From: Escherichia coli
GTDB lineage: Bacteria; Pseudomonadota; Gammaproteobacteria; Enterobacterales; Enterobacteriaceae
Assembly (NCBI RefSeq): GCF_009931435.1
Contig: NZ_CP043414.1
Direction: 5' to 3' (one strand)
Length of the DNA stretch: 64,000 bases
Positions 21,926 through 33,441 of this stretch are shown here, one piece after another (within the stretch, counting starts at the first letter, position 1; every line of letters starts with the position of its first letter). A model generated the notes under the pieces. The model did no database searches, was not told the origin of the DNA, and saw nothing but the letters and a program-made list of their open reading frames with translations. Both the position numbers and the translations under genes were made by a program.

Positions 21926-22918
21926 TTATAACGCCTGGATTTTTGCCCATACGCTATCATCAACGGTAATACCGTTACGGCGGTTTTCTGCCAGCAGGGT
22001 GGTAAATTCGTGGCCGGGTAAGCGAATGGCCTGGTTTTCATCGGCGCGTTCAGCGGTAGTAACATAATCCATGATGCGTTGCAGCTTGGCATCGCGGGTG
22101 GGGCCGTCGATAAGCTTGTCCACTTCAATGGCGATAAAGATTTGCGAAACGCCATATTCGTCGCTGTTATCCTGGGTGACTTCGGCAACGGATGCGCCGT
22201 CGGAAAGGAGAGTAGCGATCATATCCAATACGATCGACATACCGGAACCTTTCCAGTAACCCATTGGCAAAATGCGGCGATTTTTCTCGATTACACCAGG
22301 TTCTTTGGTGAGGTTGCCTTCATCGTCAAAGCCGCCATCGACCGGAAGCTGACGACCTGCAAGGCGGTTAACTTCTAACATGCCGTAGGAAAACATCGAC
22401 ATATCGACCATGGTGATTGGGGTAGAAGGAATGGCGACGATCAGCGGGTTAGTGCCGATGCGACACTCTTTTGCGCCCCACGGCGGCATTACGGCGATGG
22501 AGTTGGTCCAGCAAATGCCAATATAGCCTTTTTCCGCCGCCTGCCAGCCGTAGCTGCCGCCGCGCATCCAGTGGTTGGCATTACGTAGAGCCACCAGACC
22601 AATACCGTGATCGGCAGCCAGTTCAATGGCGCGATCCATCATCTTTTTCGCTGTCAGGTTACCGATCGAACGCTGGGCGTCCCACTGTTCAATTGCGCCG
22701 AGGCTGGTTATACGTTTGGCCTCGGCATCGGGAATGATATCGCCATTACCCAGTTGTTGGATGAAGCGTGGGAAGCGGTTAACACCGTGAGAATAAACAC
22801 CGGATTCGGTGGTGCGGGCGAACATCTCTGCACAGGCATCAGCCGTTTCGCTGTCAACACCGCGTGAAATTAAGACCCGATTAAAGGCTGCTTTTAACTG
22901 CTCAAATGTCACTTTCAT
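21926..22918 (-). CDS. yiaK: 2,3-diketo-L-gulonate reductase
   Basis: 330-aa ORF, Ldh_2 (malate/L-lactate dehydrogenase type 2) family; first gene of the operon, divergent from yiaJ. Confidence 0.9.
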   Translation of the reverse strand: MKVTFEQLKAAFNRVLISRGVDSETADACAEMFARTTESGVYSHGVNRFPRFIQQLGNGDIIPDAEAKRITSLGAIEQWDAQRSIGNLTAKKMMDRAIELAADHGIGLVALRNANHWMRGGSYGWQAAEKGYIGICWTNSIAVMPPWGAKECRIGTNPLIVAIPSTPITMVDMSMFSYGMLEVNRLAGRQLPVDGGFDDEGNLTKEPGVIEKNRRILPMGYWKGSGMSIVLDMIATLLSDGASVAEVTQDNSDEYGVSQIFIAIEVDKLIDGPTRDAKLQRIMDYVTTAERADENQAIRLPGHEFTTLLAENRRNGITVDDSVWAKIQAL

Positions 22919-23118
22919 CCCTGGCTTCCTTGTTTTTTTGATCGCTTTTTTGGCTTAAAATTTCAATATGCGAAATCTGATTTCAAATATATCGATCGCT
23001 TTTTAACAAAGCAATCTGATTGATGAATTTCAAAAAACTTAAAAATCAAGTGGTTATAAATTATCTGTCGAGATCGTGAACTACGACACACTTTGCGCTA
23101 CCATCAGGACGCGACAAA

Positions 23119-23967
23119 ATGGGGAAAGAAGTGATGGGAAAAAAAGAGAACGAGATGGCGCAGGAAAAAGAGCGTCCAGCCGGAAGCCAGAGTCTGTTTC
23201 GCGGGTTGATGCTGATTGAGATTTTGAGCAACTATCCGAACGGTTGTCCGTTGGCGCATCTTTCGGAGCTGGCTGGTTTAAATAAGAGTACCGTCCATCG
23301 CTTATTGCAGGGATTACAATCCTGCGGCTATGTGACCACCGCGCCCGCCGCAGGGAGTTACCGCCTGACTACCAAATTTATTGCCGTCGGGCAGAAGGCG
23401 CTGTCTTCGCTGAATATCATTCATATCGCCGCTCCGCATCTTGAGGCACTGAACATCGCCACTGGTGAAACCATTAACTTCTCCAGCCGCGAAGACGATC
23501 ACGCTATTTTGATTTATAAGCTGGAACCCACGACCGGGATGCTGCGAACCCGAGCTTATATAGGCCAGCATATGCCGCTCTACTGTTCCGCAATGGGCAA
23601 GATCTATATGGCGTTTGGTCACCCGGACTACGTGAAGTCATACTGGGAAAGCCATCAGCATGAGATCCAGCCGTTAACCCGCAATACCATTACCGAGCTG
23701 CCCGCGATGTTCGACGAACTGGCGCACATTCGTGAAAGCGGAGCGGCGATGGACAGAGAAGAAAACGAACTCGGCGTCTCCTGTATTGCTGTTCCGGTGT
23801 TTGATATTCATGGGCGGGTGCCGTACGCCGTGTCGATTTCTCTTTCGACATCACGTCTGAAACAGGTGGGGGAGAAAAATCTCCTGAAACCACTGCGTGA
23901 AACCGCGCAGGCTATTTCTAATGAACTGGGATTTACTGTCAGGGACGACCAGGGCGCGATCACATAA
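23119..23967 (+). CDS. yiaJ: IclR-family transcriptional repressor of the yiaK-sgbE operon
   Basis: 282-aa ORF; N-terminal HTH (LAHLSELAGLNKSTVHRLLQGL) and IclR effector domain. Confidence 0.9.
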   Translation: MGKEVMGKKENEMAQEKERPAGSQSLFRGLMLIEILSNYPNGCPLAHLSELAGLNKSTVHRLLQGLQSCGYVTTAPAAGSYRLTTKFIAVGQKALSSLNIIHIAAPHLEALNIATGETINFSSREDDHAILIYKLEPTTGMLRTRAYIGQHMPLYCSAMGKIYMAFGHPDYVKSYWESHQHEIQPLTRNTITELPAMFDELAHIRESGAAMDREENELGVSCIAVPVFDIHGRVPYAVSISLSTSRLKQVGEKNLLKPLRETAQAISNELGFTVRDDQGAIT

Positions 23968-24068
23968 CGCTCTGGACAAGTGCCAAAACTTTAACATTTC
24001 CTTCGTTGGATCAAAGCAGTAGGGACGCGCTCTCTGGCACTCTGCTGTTTTAGTGCAAAGGAGTGATC

Positions 24069-24542
24069 ATGAACCGGTTTATTATTGCGGATGCGACGAA
24101 ATGTATCGGTTGCCGTACCTGTGAAGTGGCTTGCGCAGTGTCGCATCAGGAGAATCAGGATTGCGCTGCGTTGTCACCCGGTGAGTTTATTTCGCGTATT
24201 CGTGTCATTAAAGATCATACTTACACCACGGCAGTAGCCTGTCATCAGTGTGAAGATGCACCGTGCGCAAATGTGTGCCCTGTTGACGCGATAAGTCGCG
24301 AACATGGGCATATTTTCGTTGAACAATCACGTTGTATTGGCTGTAAAAGCTGTATGCTGGCTTGCCCGTTTGGTGCGATGGAGGTCGTTTCTTCACGCAC
24401 AAAGGCGAGGGCGATTAAGTGCGATCTGTGCTGGCATCGGGCGACGGGACCGGCTTGTGTTGAAGCTTGCCCAACACAAGCGTTGCAATGCATGGATGTC
24501 GAGAAAGTGCAGCGGCATCGGCTACGGCAGCAGTCTGTTTGA
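24069..24542 (+). CDS. ysaA: 4Fe-4S ferredoxin-type protein
   Basis: 157-aa product; four CxxCxxCxxxCP-type cysteine clusters. Confidence 0.85.
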   Translation: MNRFIIADATKCIGCRTCEVACAVSHQENQDCAALSPGEFISRIRVIKDHTYTTAVACHQCEDAPCANVCPVDAISREHGHIFVEQSRCIGCKSCMLACPFGAMEVVSSRTKARAIKCDLCWHRATGPACVEACPTQALQCMDVEKVQRHRLRQQSV

Positions 24543-24590
24543 AACGTTTTTCCGGCGTTTTTTAACGCAGGAATAGTGCGCTTTGTTTAT

Positions 24591-24690
24591 GCCGGATGCG
24601 GCTTAAACGCCTTATCCGGCCTACAAATTATTCCAAATTCAATATATTGCAGAAATGATGTAGGCCTGAAAAGCGTAGCGCATCAGGCAA
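24591..24690. repeat. REP/BIME element
   Basis: GCCGGATGCGGCTTAAACGCCTTATCCGGCCTACA ... GTAGGCCTGAAAAGCGTAGCGCATCAGGC palindromic units between ysaA and avtA. Confidence 0.6.
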
Positions 24691-24693
24691 TTT

Positions 24694-25947
24694 TTAATGA
24701 CTTTCAGCCCAGGCGCGTTCAATCTCTTCCGCCAGAATCTTCACCCCCGCTTCAATTTTATCCGGCTCCGGCACGTAGTTCATACGCATACATTGATGTG
24801 TATGTGGCCACGGTTTATCCAGCCCTGGGAAGAAGTTGTGCCCCGGCACCATCAGCACGCCCCGTGCTTTCAGGCGCTGGTAGAGCTGCTCGGTCGTAAT
24901 TGGCAAATCCTTAAACCATAGCCAGAGGAAAATGGCTCCTTCCGGTTTATGAATCAGGCAGCGATCTTCCGGTAAATAGCGGCGAATGATAGCGATAGTT
25001 TCCTGAACACGCTGGTAGTAAAACGGTTTGATGACTGTTTCAGACAGGCGCAGCAGATCGTTACGTTTAATCATTTCACACATTATCGCCGGACCAATAC
25101 CGCCAGGCGCCAGGCTGATAATGCCGTTCATGTTGGTGATGGCGGTGATGATTTTTTCATTGGCGATGATAATGCCGCAGCGCGAACCCGGTAGTCCCAG
25201 CTTGGAAAGACTCATGCACAGTACAATATTCGGATTCCACAGCGGGCGCGCTTCGCTGAAGATGATGCCTGGGAACGGGACGCCATAAGCGTTATCAATC
25301 ACCAGCGGAATACCGTGCTGATTCGCCAGTGCGTCCAGTTTCAATAATTCTTCGTCAGTAATCACATTGCCTGTTGGATTCGTCGGTCGGGAGACGCAAA
25401 TCATCCCGGTTTCTTCGCCAATATGCAGATGCTCAAAATCGACGTGGTATTTAAACTGGCCTTCCGGCAGCAGTTCAATATTCGGACGCGCAGAGACAAA
25501 CAGATCTTCTTCCAGTCCGGCGTCAGCGTAGCCAATGTATTCCGGTGCCAGCGGAAACAGCACTTTTTTGATCCGACCATCGGCACGGCGTCCGGCAAAC
25601 AGATTAAATAAGTAGAAAAACGCGCTCTGGCTGCCGTTTGTTAGTGCAATATTCTGTGGTTCGATATCCCAACCCAACTTCTCGCGTAGCATTCCGGCAA
25701 GCAGTGTGAGTAGCTCCGTTTTCCCCTGTGGACCGTCGTAATTGCACAGTGCATCAGTCGCTTTGCCACTTTCCAGCATGTCGGTCAGTAGCGTCTGGAA
25801 GTAGTCCTGCATTTCCGGGATCTGCGCTGGATTACCGCCGCCGAGCATAATCGCGCCAGGCGTGCGTAAACCGTCGTTCAGATCTTCCATCAGCAGCGTA
25901 ATGCCGGAGTGGCGGGTAAATTTGTCACCAAAAAGGGAGAATGTCAT
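24694..25947 (-). CDS. avtA: Valine-pyruvate aminotransferase
   Basis: 417-aa product from ATG at 25947 (MTFSLFGDKFT...); class I aminotransferase with SLSKLGLPG PLP-lysine motif. Confidence 0.9.
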   Translation of the reverse strand: MTFSLFGDKFTRHSGITLLMEDLNDGLRTPGAIMLGGGNPAQIPEMQDYFQTLLTDMLESGKATDALCNYDGPQGKTELLTLLAGMLREKLGWDIEPQNIALTNGSQSAFFYLFNLFAGRRADGRIKKVLFPLAPEYIGYADAGLEEDLFVSARPNIELLPEGQFKYHVDFEHLHIGEETGMICVSRPTNPTGNVITDEELLKLDALANQHGIPLVIDNAYGVPFPGIIFSEARPLWNPNIVLCMSLSKLGLPGSRCGIIIANEKIITAITNMNGIISLAPGGIGPAIMCEMIKRNDLLRLSETVIKPFYYQRVQETIAIIRRYLPEDRCLIHKPEGAIFLWLWFKDLPITTEQLYQRLKARGVLMVPGHNFFPGLDKPWPHTHQCMRMNYVPEPDKIEAGVKILAEEIERAWAESH

Positions 25948-26124
25948 AGCGGGATATCTGTCGAACTCTGTAGCAAGGAAGGTAACAATAACGCTACATT
26001 TGCTGGGGTGCAAATCGGTCTGTTGAAGTGGGAGTGGTGCTTTATCCTGCAACTCTGATTAGGGCTGACATTTTATCCTGGTTGGCGGCTTCCCGAGGTA
26101 CTGACGAACGGGAAGCCGGAAACG

Positions 26125-28155
26125 TTACTGTTGCCCCGCCCAGACGACCAGCACTTTATCGTCGCCATGCTCACGAACAAAGCCGTAGCCCTGCTTCAGC
26201 GAAAGTGTCGTTTGTTTGCCCGCGCCAATTGCGGGATGACGGGCGCGGAACTGGCTGATTTTCTGCCAGTGCGCGACGCTAGCGGCAGATTTACCGCTAA
26301 CATCCTGCCAGTTCATATCCGAACGCGTGCCTTGCAGCGGATCAGAACCGGTAGGACCGAACGGACGAGAGGATTCATCACCATAAAAGATTTGTACTGC
26401 ACCTGGCGCTAATAACAATAACTCTGCTGCTTTGTCGCCCCCTTCACGAAACAAACGAGTATCATGCGACGAAAGATAGCTCAACACGTTGAAATCCTGC
26501 AATTTCTCTGCCATTTGCTGCCAGGTCGTATCCATCTGCGCCAGACAATCGACCGCTTTCGCCGCCTGCTCCTGATAATCGAAATTGATCATCGCATCGA
26601 AGCCGTGGCGATAGTAGTCACTTTGCATCACGCCGTGGCCCCAGGCTTCACCGGTCATCCAGAACGGTTTGTCATCTAACGCTTTATCGGGATTCGCTTT
26701 TTTCCATTCGCGAAGTGCGGCGCTGGCTTCGGTTTTCAGTTGCTGCCAGGCGGGCAACTCAACATGCCTGGCGGTATCGACCCGAAAACCATCAATTCCG
26801 TAGTCACGGACCCACTGGCTTAACCAATGGGTTAAGTAATCTCGAGGGGTAAAGCCGTCAATGGCTTTAGCGTGGGTATCCGTTTTGTTGTTATAGAACA
26901 CTGGCAGGCCAGAAGCGGTCGTTGATTCGGTTTTGATATCCGGTAAAAAGGCCAGCGACATGGTGAGATCGTCAAATCCAGGATTGTCGTAGTCGCCGAT
27001 ATCCGTTCTGATCCAGTTTTTTCCCCACCATTTATCCCAGCCTGTTTTGTCGCTGAAATTAATGTAATCGTTAAAGCTATGCCAGGTTTGCCCGGCGGCG
27101 GGCTTCCAGTCGCTCCAGCGGTCACCTAACGTTTTTTTCAGCTCATCACCAGAAAGGTATAACGCGCCAAACTGATACTCCTGCATATCCGCCAGTGTGG
27201 CATAGCCGGTGTGGTTCATCACGACATCAAAGAGAATACGAATACCGCGCTGATGCGCGCTATCAACCAGCGTCCGGAGATCGGTTTCGCTGCCCATATT
27301 GGCATCAAGATTCGTCCAGTCCTGTGTGTAATAACCGTGGTAGGCATAATGCGGGAAATCGCCTTTTGTACCGCCGCCGACCCAGCCGTGAATTTGCTCA
27401 AATGGGGCACTTATCCATAAAGCATTGACGCCCAGCTGCTGGAGGTAATCCAGTTTGTTGGTCAGGCCGCGTAAATCGCCGCCGTGAAAAGTGCCAATTT
27501 CTGCCATACCGTCTTTATGACGTCCGTAACTCTGGTCATTACTGGGATCGCCGTTTTCGAAACGATCTGTCAGCACAAAATAAACCGTGGCGTTATGCCA
27601 GTCGAAAGGGGCGGATGTGTCAGTTTCTGCCCGTTCCAGCAGGAGTAAACCGTTGCTGGTGGCAGCGGGTTGTAACGTTATTTGACCGTTCTTCACTATC
27701 GCAATTTGCTGGCTGTAATAATCCCGGACTGCGGCTCCCTCCGGAAAAGTGGCGCTGACATCCAGCGTGAGCGGTAATCCATCCCATTTCGGGCATTCAC
27801 GGACCAGGCTTGCTACCGGTTCGACGGCGTTCTGGATGGAAATCATCAATGTTGGTGTACCGGAGCGGGTGTCTAGTTGCAGCGTATATTCGCCGTCCCT
27901 GAACAATCGCCACTGAGGCGGCGTGTTGCTACAAGGTTGCAGGGAAAGCATCTGATTGAGTTTTATCGCATCCGCAGGCTGCCAGCACTGTTGGTCAAAA
28001 TTTAGCGTTAGTGGACGCGTACCTTTGGGCAACTGCGCGTGGCTGACAAATGTTCCCGTTCCCTGTTCGCTAAAGGCAGGGAACCCCGGAGAAGTCCAGC
28101 TGGCGGCAACGGCGAAGCCAGGAAGGAGTGTCAGAAAACAGGCGGCGAGTTTCAT
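26125..28155 (-). CDS. malS: Periplasmic alpha-amylase
   Basis: 676-aa ORF with signal peptide; GH13 catalytic regions (DVVMNH, GFRVDTARH). Confidence 0.9.
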   Translation of the reverse strand: MKLAACFLTLLPGFAVAASWTSPGFPAFSEQGTGTFVSHAQLPKGTRPLTLNFDQQCWQPADAIKLNQMLSLQPCSNTPPQWRLFRDGEYTLQLDTRSGTPTLMISIQNAVEPVASLVRECPKWDGLPLTLDVSATFPEGAAVRDYYSQQIAIVKNGQITLQPAATSNGLLLLERAETDTSAPFDWHNATVYFVLTDRFENGDPSNDQSYGRHKDGMAEIGTFHGGDLRGLTNKLDYLQQLGVNALWISAPFEQIHGWVGGGTKGDFPHYAYHGYYTQDWTNLDANMGSETDLRTLVDSAHQRGIRILFDVVMNHTGYATLADMQEYQFGALYLSGDELKKTLGDRWSDWKPAAGQTWHSFNDYINFSDKTGWDKWWGKNWIRTDIGDYDNPGFDDLTMSLAFLPDIKTESTTASGLPVFYNNKTDTHAKAIDGFTPRDYLTHWLSQWVRDYGIDGFRVDTARHVELPAWQQLKTEASAALREWKKANPDKALDDKPFWMTGEAWGHGVMQSDYYRHGFDAMINFDYQEQAAKAVDCLAQMDTTWQQMAEKLQDFNVLSYLSSHDTRLFREGGDKAAELLLLAPGAVQIFYGDESSRPFGPTGSDPLQGTRSDMNWQDVSGKSAASVAHWQKISQFRARHPAIGAGKQTTLSLKQGYGFVREHGDDKVLVVWAGQQ

Positions 28156-28474
28156 GGCGGATGAGTCCTTATTGCTGCGATTTCAGACAGTTTGCCAGCG
28201 ATAAGCCAGACAAAACTCATCCCTGAGCGGTAAGTCCACAGGATGAGAAGCAAGGGTGAGCGATCGCGCGCAAAAAACGGCTGAATTTTGCGATAAACCC
28301 CACATTTTCTGCGATTTAGCGCCAATCTGAATCGTTAACTCGTGACATAGTTTCAGATTTGGACTATTCCTTGGGGTGCTCTTGACAGCTATTTTTGATA
28401 TGATTTGAGATTCAACTCTCAAATTTGTGAAAAATATAAGGTGTTGGAATGATTAAATCCGACCAGGAGACCTG

Positions 28475-29299
28475 ATGATTTTGACTCCCATACGACGATA
28501 TGGGGCGATGATTCTTATGTTACTCACTCTGGTGTTTTCGAGTGAGGTGTTAGCGAAGACGCACACAACAACAGCGAGTCAAAAGTCCCACTTAATTAAA
28601 GCTAGTAATAAACAGGTAAGCAGTAAACAAGAGTATTCTCGCAATAGTGCAAAGAGTAGTTCACTTCCTGATTTGCGAAAATACCCTTCCGGAACACCAA
28701 GGAAAAAAGCGTTTCTCCGGACCGTAATGCCTTACATTACCAGCCAAAATGCGGCCATTACTGCGGAACGTAACTGGCTCATTTCAAAACAGTATCAGGG
28801 CCAATGGTCACCTGCTGAGCGTGCGCGTCTGAAAGACATCGCCAAACGCTACAAGGTGAAGTGGTCTGGTAATACGCGAAAAATCCCGTGGAATACCTTG
28901 CTGGAACGCGTAGACATTATTCCTACCAGTATGGTGGCGACGATGGCTGCAGCAGAAAGCGGTTGGGGAACGTCGAAGCTGGCGCGTAGCAACAACAACC
29001 TATTCGGCATGAAGTGCATGAAAGGACGTTGTACCAATGCGCCGGGTAAAGTGAAGGGGTACTCACAGTTCAGTTCTGTCAAAGAATCGGTGAGCGCCTA
29101 TGTCACTAACCTGAATACTCACCCGGCTTACTCTTCGTTCCGTAAATCGCGTGCACAACTGCGTAAAGCGGATCAGGAAGTGACTGCCACAGCGATGATT
29201 CACAAGCTGAAGGGCTACTCGACCAAAGGGAAGAGTTATAACAACTACCTGTTCGCAATGTACCAGGATAACCAACGGTTAATCGCGGCGCATATGTAA
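28475..29299 (+). CDS. bax: Bax-family protein (putative glucosaminidase-like)
   Basis: 274-aa ORF with N-terminal signal/TM; synteny between malS and xylR. Confidence 0.85.
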   Translation: MILTPIRRYGAMILMLLTLVFSSEVLAKTHTTTASQKSHLIKASNKQVSSKQEYSRNSAKSSSLPDLRKYPSGTPRKKAFLRTVMPYITSQNAAITAERNWLISKQYQGQWSPAERARLKDIAKRYKVKWSGNTRKIPWNTLLERVDIIPTSMVATMAAAESGWGTSKLARSNNNLFGMKCMKGRCTNAPGKVKGYSQFSSVKESVSAYVTNLNTHPAYSSFRKSRAQLRKADQEVTATAMIHKLKGYSTKGKSYNNYLFAMYQDNQRLIAAHM

Positions 29300-29312
29300 T
29301 TGTATTCCCTGA

Positions 29313-29395
29313 AGCCTTATCCGACTTGTTGGTCGGATAAGGCGTTCACGCCGCATGCGACAACCACGCAGCGTTGCCTGATGCGACGCCGACAA
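29313..29395. repeat. REP/BIME element
   Basis: GCCTTATCCGACTTGTTGGTCGGATAAGGCGTTCACGCCGCATGCGAC...GCCTGATGCGACGCC between bax and xylR. Confidence 0.6.
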
Positions 29396-29407
29396 TTCTC
29401 ATCATCG

Positions 29408-30586
29408 CTACAACATGACCTCGCTATTTACATCGCGATACTCTTTTGGCGTCGTGTCATATGCTTTTTTAAAAACAGAGTAGAAATATTGCAGCGATGG
29501 ATAACCGCACATTTGCGATATCTCATTGATCGATAAGGTGGTTGAAATCAGCAGACTGCGCGCTTTCTCCAGCTTCTCGGCATGAATCATGGCATGGATG
29601 GTTTCACCCACCTCCTCTTTAAAACGCTTCTCAAGATTGGAGCGCGAGATCCCGACGGCATCGAGTACCTGATCCACTTTAATCCCTTTACAGGCGTGAT
29701 TACGAATGTAATGCATGGCCTGAATAACGGCGGGATCGGTCAGCGAACGGTAATCTGTTGAGCGCCGTTCAATGACGCGAACTGGTGGGACCAAAATCCG
29801 CTGTAGCGGCATTTCTTCTTTATCTAATAATCGATGCAACAGTTTTGCCGCCTGATATCCCATTTGCCGTGCGCCCTGAGCGACCGAAGAAAGGGCGACA
29901 CGCGATAGATAGCGGGTCAGTTCTTCGTTATCGATGCCAATCACGCATAATTTTTCCGGTACGGGAATATGTAGATGTTCACATACTTGCAGAATATGCC
30001 GCGCCCGGGCGTCAGTAACGGCAATAATCCCGGTTTGCGGTGGCAGCGTTTGTAGCCAGTCTGCCAGCCGATTTTGCGCGTGTTGCCAGTTCTCTGGCGC
30101 TGTTTCTAACCCCTGATAAACCACTCCGCGATACTTTTCTTCGGCGACAAGCTGACGGAATGCATATTCGCGTTCAGTGGCCCAACGTTTGCCGCTGGAT
30201 TCCGGAAGACCATAAAAAGCAAAGCGGTTAACGCCTTTCTCTTTTAAATGCAAAAATGCGCTTTCAACCAGTGCATAGTTATCGGTGGCAATGTAATGAA
30301 CGGGTGGGTAACTTTCGGCAAGGTGATACGAACCACCAACCCCAACAATGGGGACGTCGACGTTAGCCAGTGCTTGCTCGATTTGTTTGTCATCGAAGTC
30401 GGCAATGACGCCATCTCCTAACCAGTCCTTGATTTTATCAATGCGGGCGCGGAAATCTTCTTCAATGAAAATATCCCATTCCGATTGTGACGCCTGTAAA
30501 TATTCCCCTACGCCTTCTACTACCTGACGGTCATAGGCTTTATTAGCATTGAACAGCAATGTGATGCGGTGACGTTTAGTAAACAT
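29408..30586 (-). CDS. xylR: Xylose operon transcriptional activator (AraC family with periplasmic-binding-protein-like domain)
   Basis: 392-aa ORF; C-terminal AraC HTH; synteny. Confidence 0.92.
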   Translation of the reverse strand: MFTKRHRITLLFNANKAYDRQVVEGVGEYLQASQSEWDIFIEEDFRARIDKIKDWLGDGVIADFDDKQIEQALANVDVPIVGVGGSYHLAESYPPVHYIATDNYALVESAFLHLKEKGVNRFAFYGLPESSGKRWATEREYAFRQLVAEEKYRGVVYQGLETAPENWQHAQNRLADWLQTLPPQTGIIAVTDARARHILQVCEHLHIPVPEKLCVIGIDNEELTRYLSRVALSSVAQGARQMGYQAAKLLHRLLDKEEMPLQRILVPPVRVIERRSTDYRSLTDPAVIQAMHYIRNHACKGIKVDQVLDAVGISRSNLEKRFKEEVGETIHAMIHAEKLEKARSLLISTTLSINEISQMCGYPSLQYFYSVFKKAYDTTPKEYRDVNSEVML

Positions 30587-30663
30587 GGTTCTTTTCCTGC
30601 TGAATCATGCAAAAACTCAAAACCGGTAATAAGTTACCGGTTTTGAGAAAATTTTTATCAAAA

Positions 30664-31845
30664 TCAAGAACGGCGTTTGGTTGCGGAGTCCATCCATACT
30701 GCCAGCAACAGAATCGCACCTTTAACGATATACTGCCAGAAGGTCGGTACATCCATCATACTCATGCCGTTATCCAGTGAAGCCATGATGAATGCCCCCA
30801 TTACCGCTCCAGCCACGCTCCCGACGCCGCCTGCCAGACTGGTGCCGCCAATCACACATGCTGCAATTGCGTCCAGCTCGGCGATATTTCCCGCAGAAGG
30901 TGAACCAGCGCCAAGTCGAGAACTGAGGATTAATCCGGCGATGGCTACCATTAATCCGTTAATAGCGAACACGGCAAGTTTGGTGCGTTCAACGTTAATC
31001 CCGGAGAGCCGTGCTGCTTCCAGATTGCCGCCGATGGCATAAATGCGTCTTCCAAATGCCGTCCGCGTTGCCATAAACATTCCGCCGAGTAACAGCAACG
31101 TCAGCAGCAGAACAGGAGTGGGAACGCCACGGTAATCGTTCAACAGCCAGATTGCGCCTAAGATGATAATCGCCGTTAATGCCTGGCGACCGACAACTGC
31201 GGTAGAGGCCGGAGACTGCAAACCCAAAGCCTGACGGCGCATTCTTCCGCGCCATTGCCAGCCAACAAAAGCCATTAAGCCAAGCGCGCCAATGATGAAG
31301 CCGGTGCTGGCGGGTAGATAGCTTTGCCCGATTTGTGACATCGCGGCGCTGGTGGGGGATACAGTCGTGCCGTTGGTGATGCCAATGAGTATGCCGCGAA
31401 ATGCCAACATGCCCGCGAGGGTGACAATAAATGAAGGGACTTTGCGGTACGCGACCCACCATCCGTTCCAGGCACCGAGAAGCAGTCCCAGAACCAACGT
31501 CACAATGATGGTAAGTGGCAAAGGCCAGCCTAGCCAGACGTCACAAATCGCCGCGACGCCACCTAATAGCCCCATCATTGAGCCGACGGAAAGGTCGATT
31601 TCAGCAGAAATTATGACGAACACCATTCCTACCGCGAGGATGCCGGTAATCGCGGTCTGGCGTAACAGGTTGGAGACGTTACGGGCGCTTAAGTAGGCAC
31701 CATCGGTGGTCCAGGTAAAGAACAGCATGATTGCGATGATAGCTGCAATCATCACGAAGACCTGCAAATTCAGTGACTTCAGCCCGGAAAAGCCACCGGA
31801 TGTCGGTACGGCCAATTTCACTTCAGACGGATTGCTTTTCGACAT
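30664..31845 (-). CDS. xylH: D-xylose ABC transporter permease
   Basis: 393-aa polytopic membrane protein; overlaps xylG 3' end. Confidence 0.92.
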   Translation of the reverse strand: MSKSNPSEVKLAVPTSGGFSGLKSLNLQVFVMIAAIIAIMLFFTWTTDGAYLSARNVSNLLRQTAITGILAVGMVFVIISAEIDLSVGSMMGLLGGVAAICDVWLGWPLPLTIIVTLVLGLLLGAWNGWWVAYRKVPSFIVTLAGMLAFRGILIGITNGTTVSPTSAAMSQIGQSYLPASTGFIIGALGLMAFVGWQWRGRMRRQALGLQSPASTAVVGRQALTAIIILGAIWLLNDYRGVPTPVLLLTLLLLGGMFMATRTAFGRRIYAIGGNLEAARLSGINVERTKLAVFAINGLMVAIAGLILSSRLGAGSPSAGNIAELDAIAACVIGGTSLAGGVGSVAGAVMGAFIMASLDNGMSMMDVPTFWQYIVKGAILLLAVWMDSATKRRS

Positions 31846-33364
31846 GATGTTCGCTCCTCAATGCGGCTTCCATCACCTGCTCCTGAGTCAGGTTATGATT
31901 TATCAGGTTGGCTTTTAGTTTCCCTTCATGCATCACCAGTACACGATCGCTAAGGCCGAGCACTTCAGGTAATTCGGAAGAGATGACAATAACGGCAATA
32001 CCCTGCTGGACGAGTTGGTTAATTAATTTGTAGATCTCGTATTTCGCGCCAATATCGATACCCCTGGTAGGTTCATCAAGAATGAGAATGCGCGGCTTGA
32101 GTAACAGACAGCGAGCGAGGATCGCTTTTTGCTGATTGCCGCCGCTCAAACGTCCAATAGCAAGGTCGGGGGACGACGTTTTAACTTTGAGTTGCTGGAT
32201 TGATTCCAGAATACATTTTTGCTCTGCCGCGTCATCAAGCTGGCTAATACCGCCGGTAAATTTATTGAGTGCGGCGAGGGTAATATTTTTACCAACCGCC
32301 ATTACCGGAACGATGCCGTCGCGCTTTCTGTCTTCGGGTACCATCGCAATCCCCTGGGCGATGGCTTGCTGACAGTTACGAATATCTACCTGTTTGCCAT
32401 CAATATAAATTTTTCCTTCCCATTGTCCGGGCCACACGCCAAACAGGCACTGAATGGTCTCGGTACGTCCGGCACCAACGAGTCCGGCAATACCCAGTAT
32501 TTCGCCACGTTTCAGGGAAAACGAGACATCATTAACTCGTTTAATATGACGATTAACCGGATGCCATGCCGTCAGATGTTCAATACGTAATATTTCATCT
32601 CCGGTGGTATGTGGTTCATTAGGGTAAAGCGCGGTTAACTCTCGCCCGACCATCATGGTGATAATATCGTCTTCACTCATTCCGGCAGCATCACGCGTAC
32701 CAATGTGCTGACCGTCGCGAATAACGCAAATCGTATCGGAAATCGCTTTGACTTCGTTGAGTTTGTGCGAAATATAAATACAGGCGATACCGTGCTGTTG
32801 TAGATCGCGAATAATATCCAGTAAAACCGACGTTTCCTGCTCAGTTAATGAGGCTGTCGGTTCATCGAGAATTAACAAGCGCACCTGTTTATTAAGTGCC
32901 TTAGCAATTTCAACCAGTTGTTGTTGCCCTAGCCCTAAATCGCCAACGCGGGTATCTGGTGAAATAAGTAAACTGACCTGTGCGAGCAGCTTCTGACAGC
33001 GTAGCGTCATCAGATCATAATCCATAATGCCATTATGGGTTATTTCGTTACCCAGGAAAATATTTTCCAGTACGGTCAATTCTTTCACCAGGGCCAATTC
33101 CTGGTGAATGATAGCGATACCTTTGCGTTCGGTATCGCGGATGTGACTCGCCTGAATCTCTTCTCCCGCAAAAATAATGTCGCCTTCGTAGGAGCCATGG
33201 GGATAAATACCACACAGCACTTTCATCAGCGTTGATTTACCAGACCCATTTTCCCCGCAGAGTGAGACTATTTCGCCGGCATTCAACCGCAAGCTAACGT
33301 TATCAATCGCCTTCACACTGCCGAAGGTTTTGGTAATGTTCTTCATTTCAAGTAGATAAGGCAT
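31823..33364 (-). CDS. xylG: D-xylose ABC transporter ATP-binding protein
   Basis: 513-aa product from ATG at 33364; two Walker A motifs ([18 protein letters not shown]) and ABC signatures. Confidence 0.92.
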   Translation of the reverse strand: MPYLLEMKNITKTFGSVKAIDNVSLRLNAGEIVSLCGENGSGKSTLMKVLCGIYPHGSYEGDIIFAGEEIQASHIRDTERKGIAIIHQELALVKELTVLENIFLGNEITHNGIMDYDLMTLRCQKLLAQVSLLISPDTRVGDLGLGQQQLVEIAKALNKQVRLLILDEPTASLTEQETSVLLDIIRDLQQHGIACIYISHKLNEVKAISDTICVIRDGQHIGTRDAAGMSEDDIITMMVGRELTALYPNEPHTTGDEILRIEHLTAWHPVNRHIKRVNDVSFSLKRGEILGIAGLVGAGRTETIQCLFGVWPGQWEGKIYIDGKQVDIRNCQQAIAQGIAMVPEDRKRDGIVPVMAVGKNITLAALNKFTGGISQLDDAAEQKCILESIQQLKVKTSSPDLAIGRLSGGNQQKAILARCLLLKPRILILDEPTRGIDIGAKYEIYKLINQLVQQGIAVIVISSELPEVLGLSDRVLVMHEGKLKANLINHNLTQEQVMEAALRSEHHVEKQSV

Positions 33365-33441
33365 AACGACTCCACCTAAGCCAATTAATTTACACGGCAT
33401 GGAGAGAAATCACGCCCCCGCTCTGTGCCGGGGCGTAACGC

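Noticed and set aside
24576-24899. 107-aa ORF across the ysaA-avtA intergenic REP element
   Set aside because: It runs through palindromic REP sequence and into the antisense strand of avtA; a repeat-derived frame, not a gene
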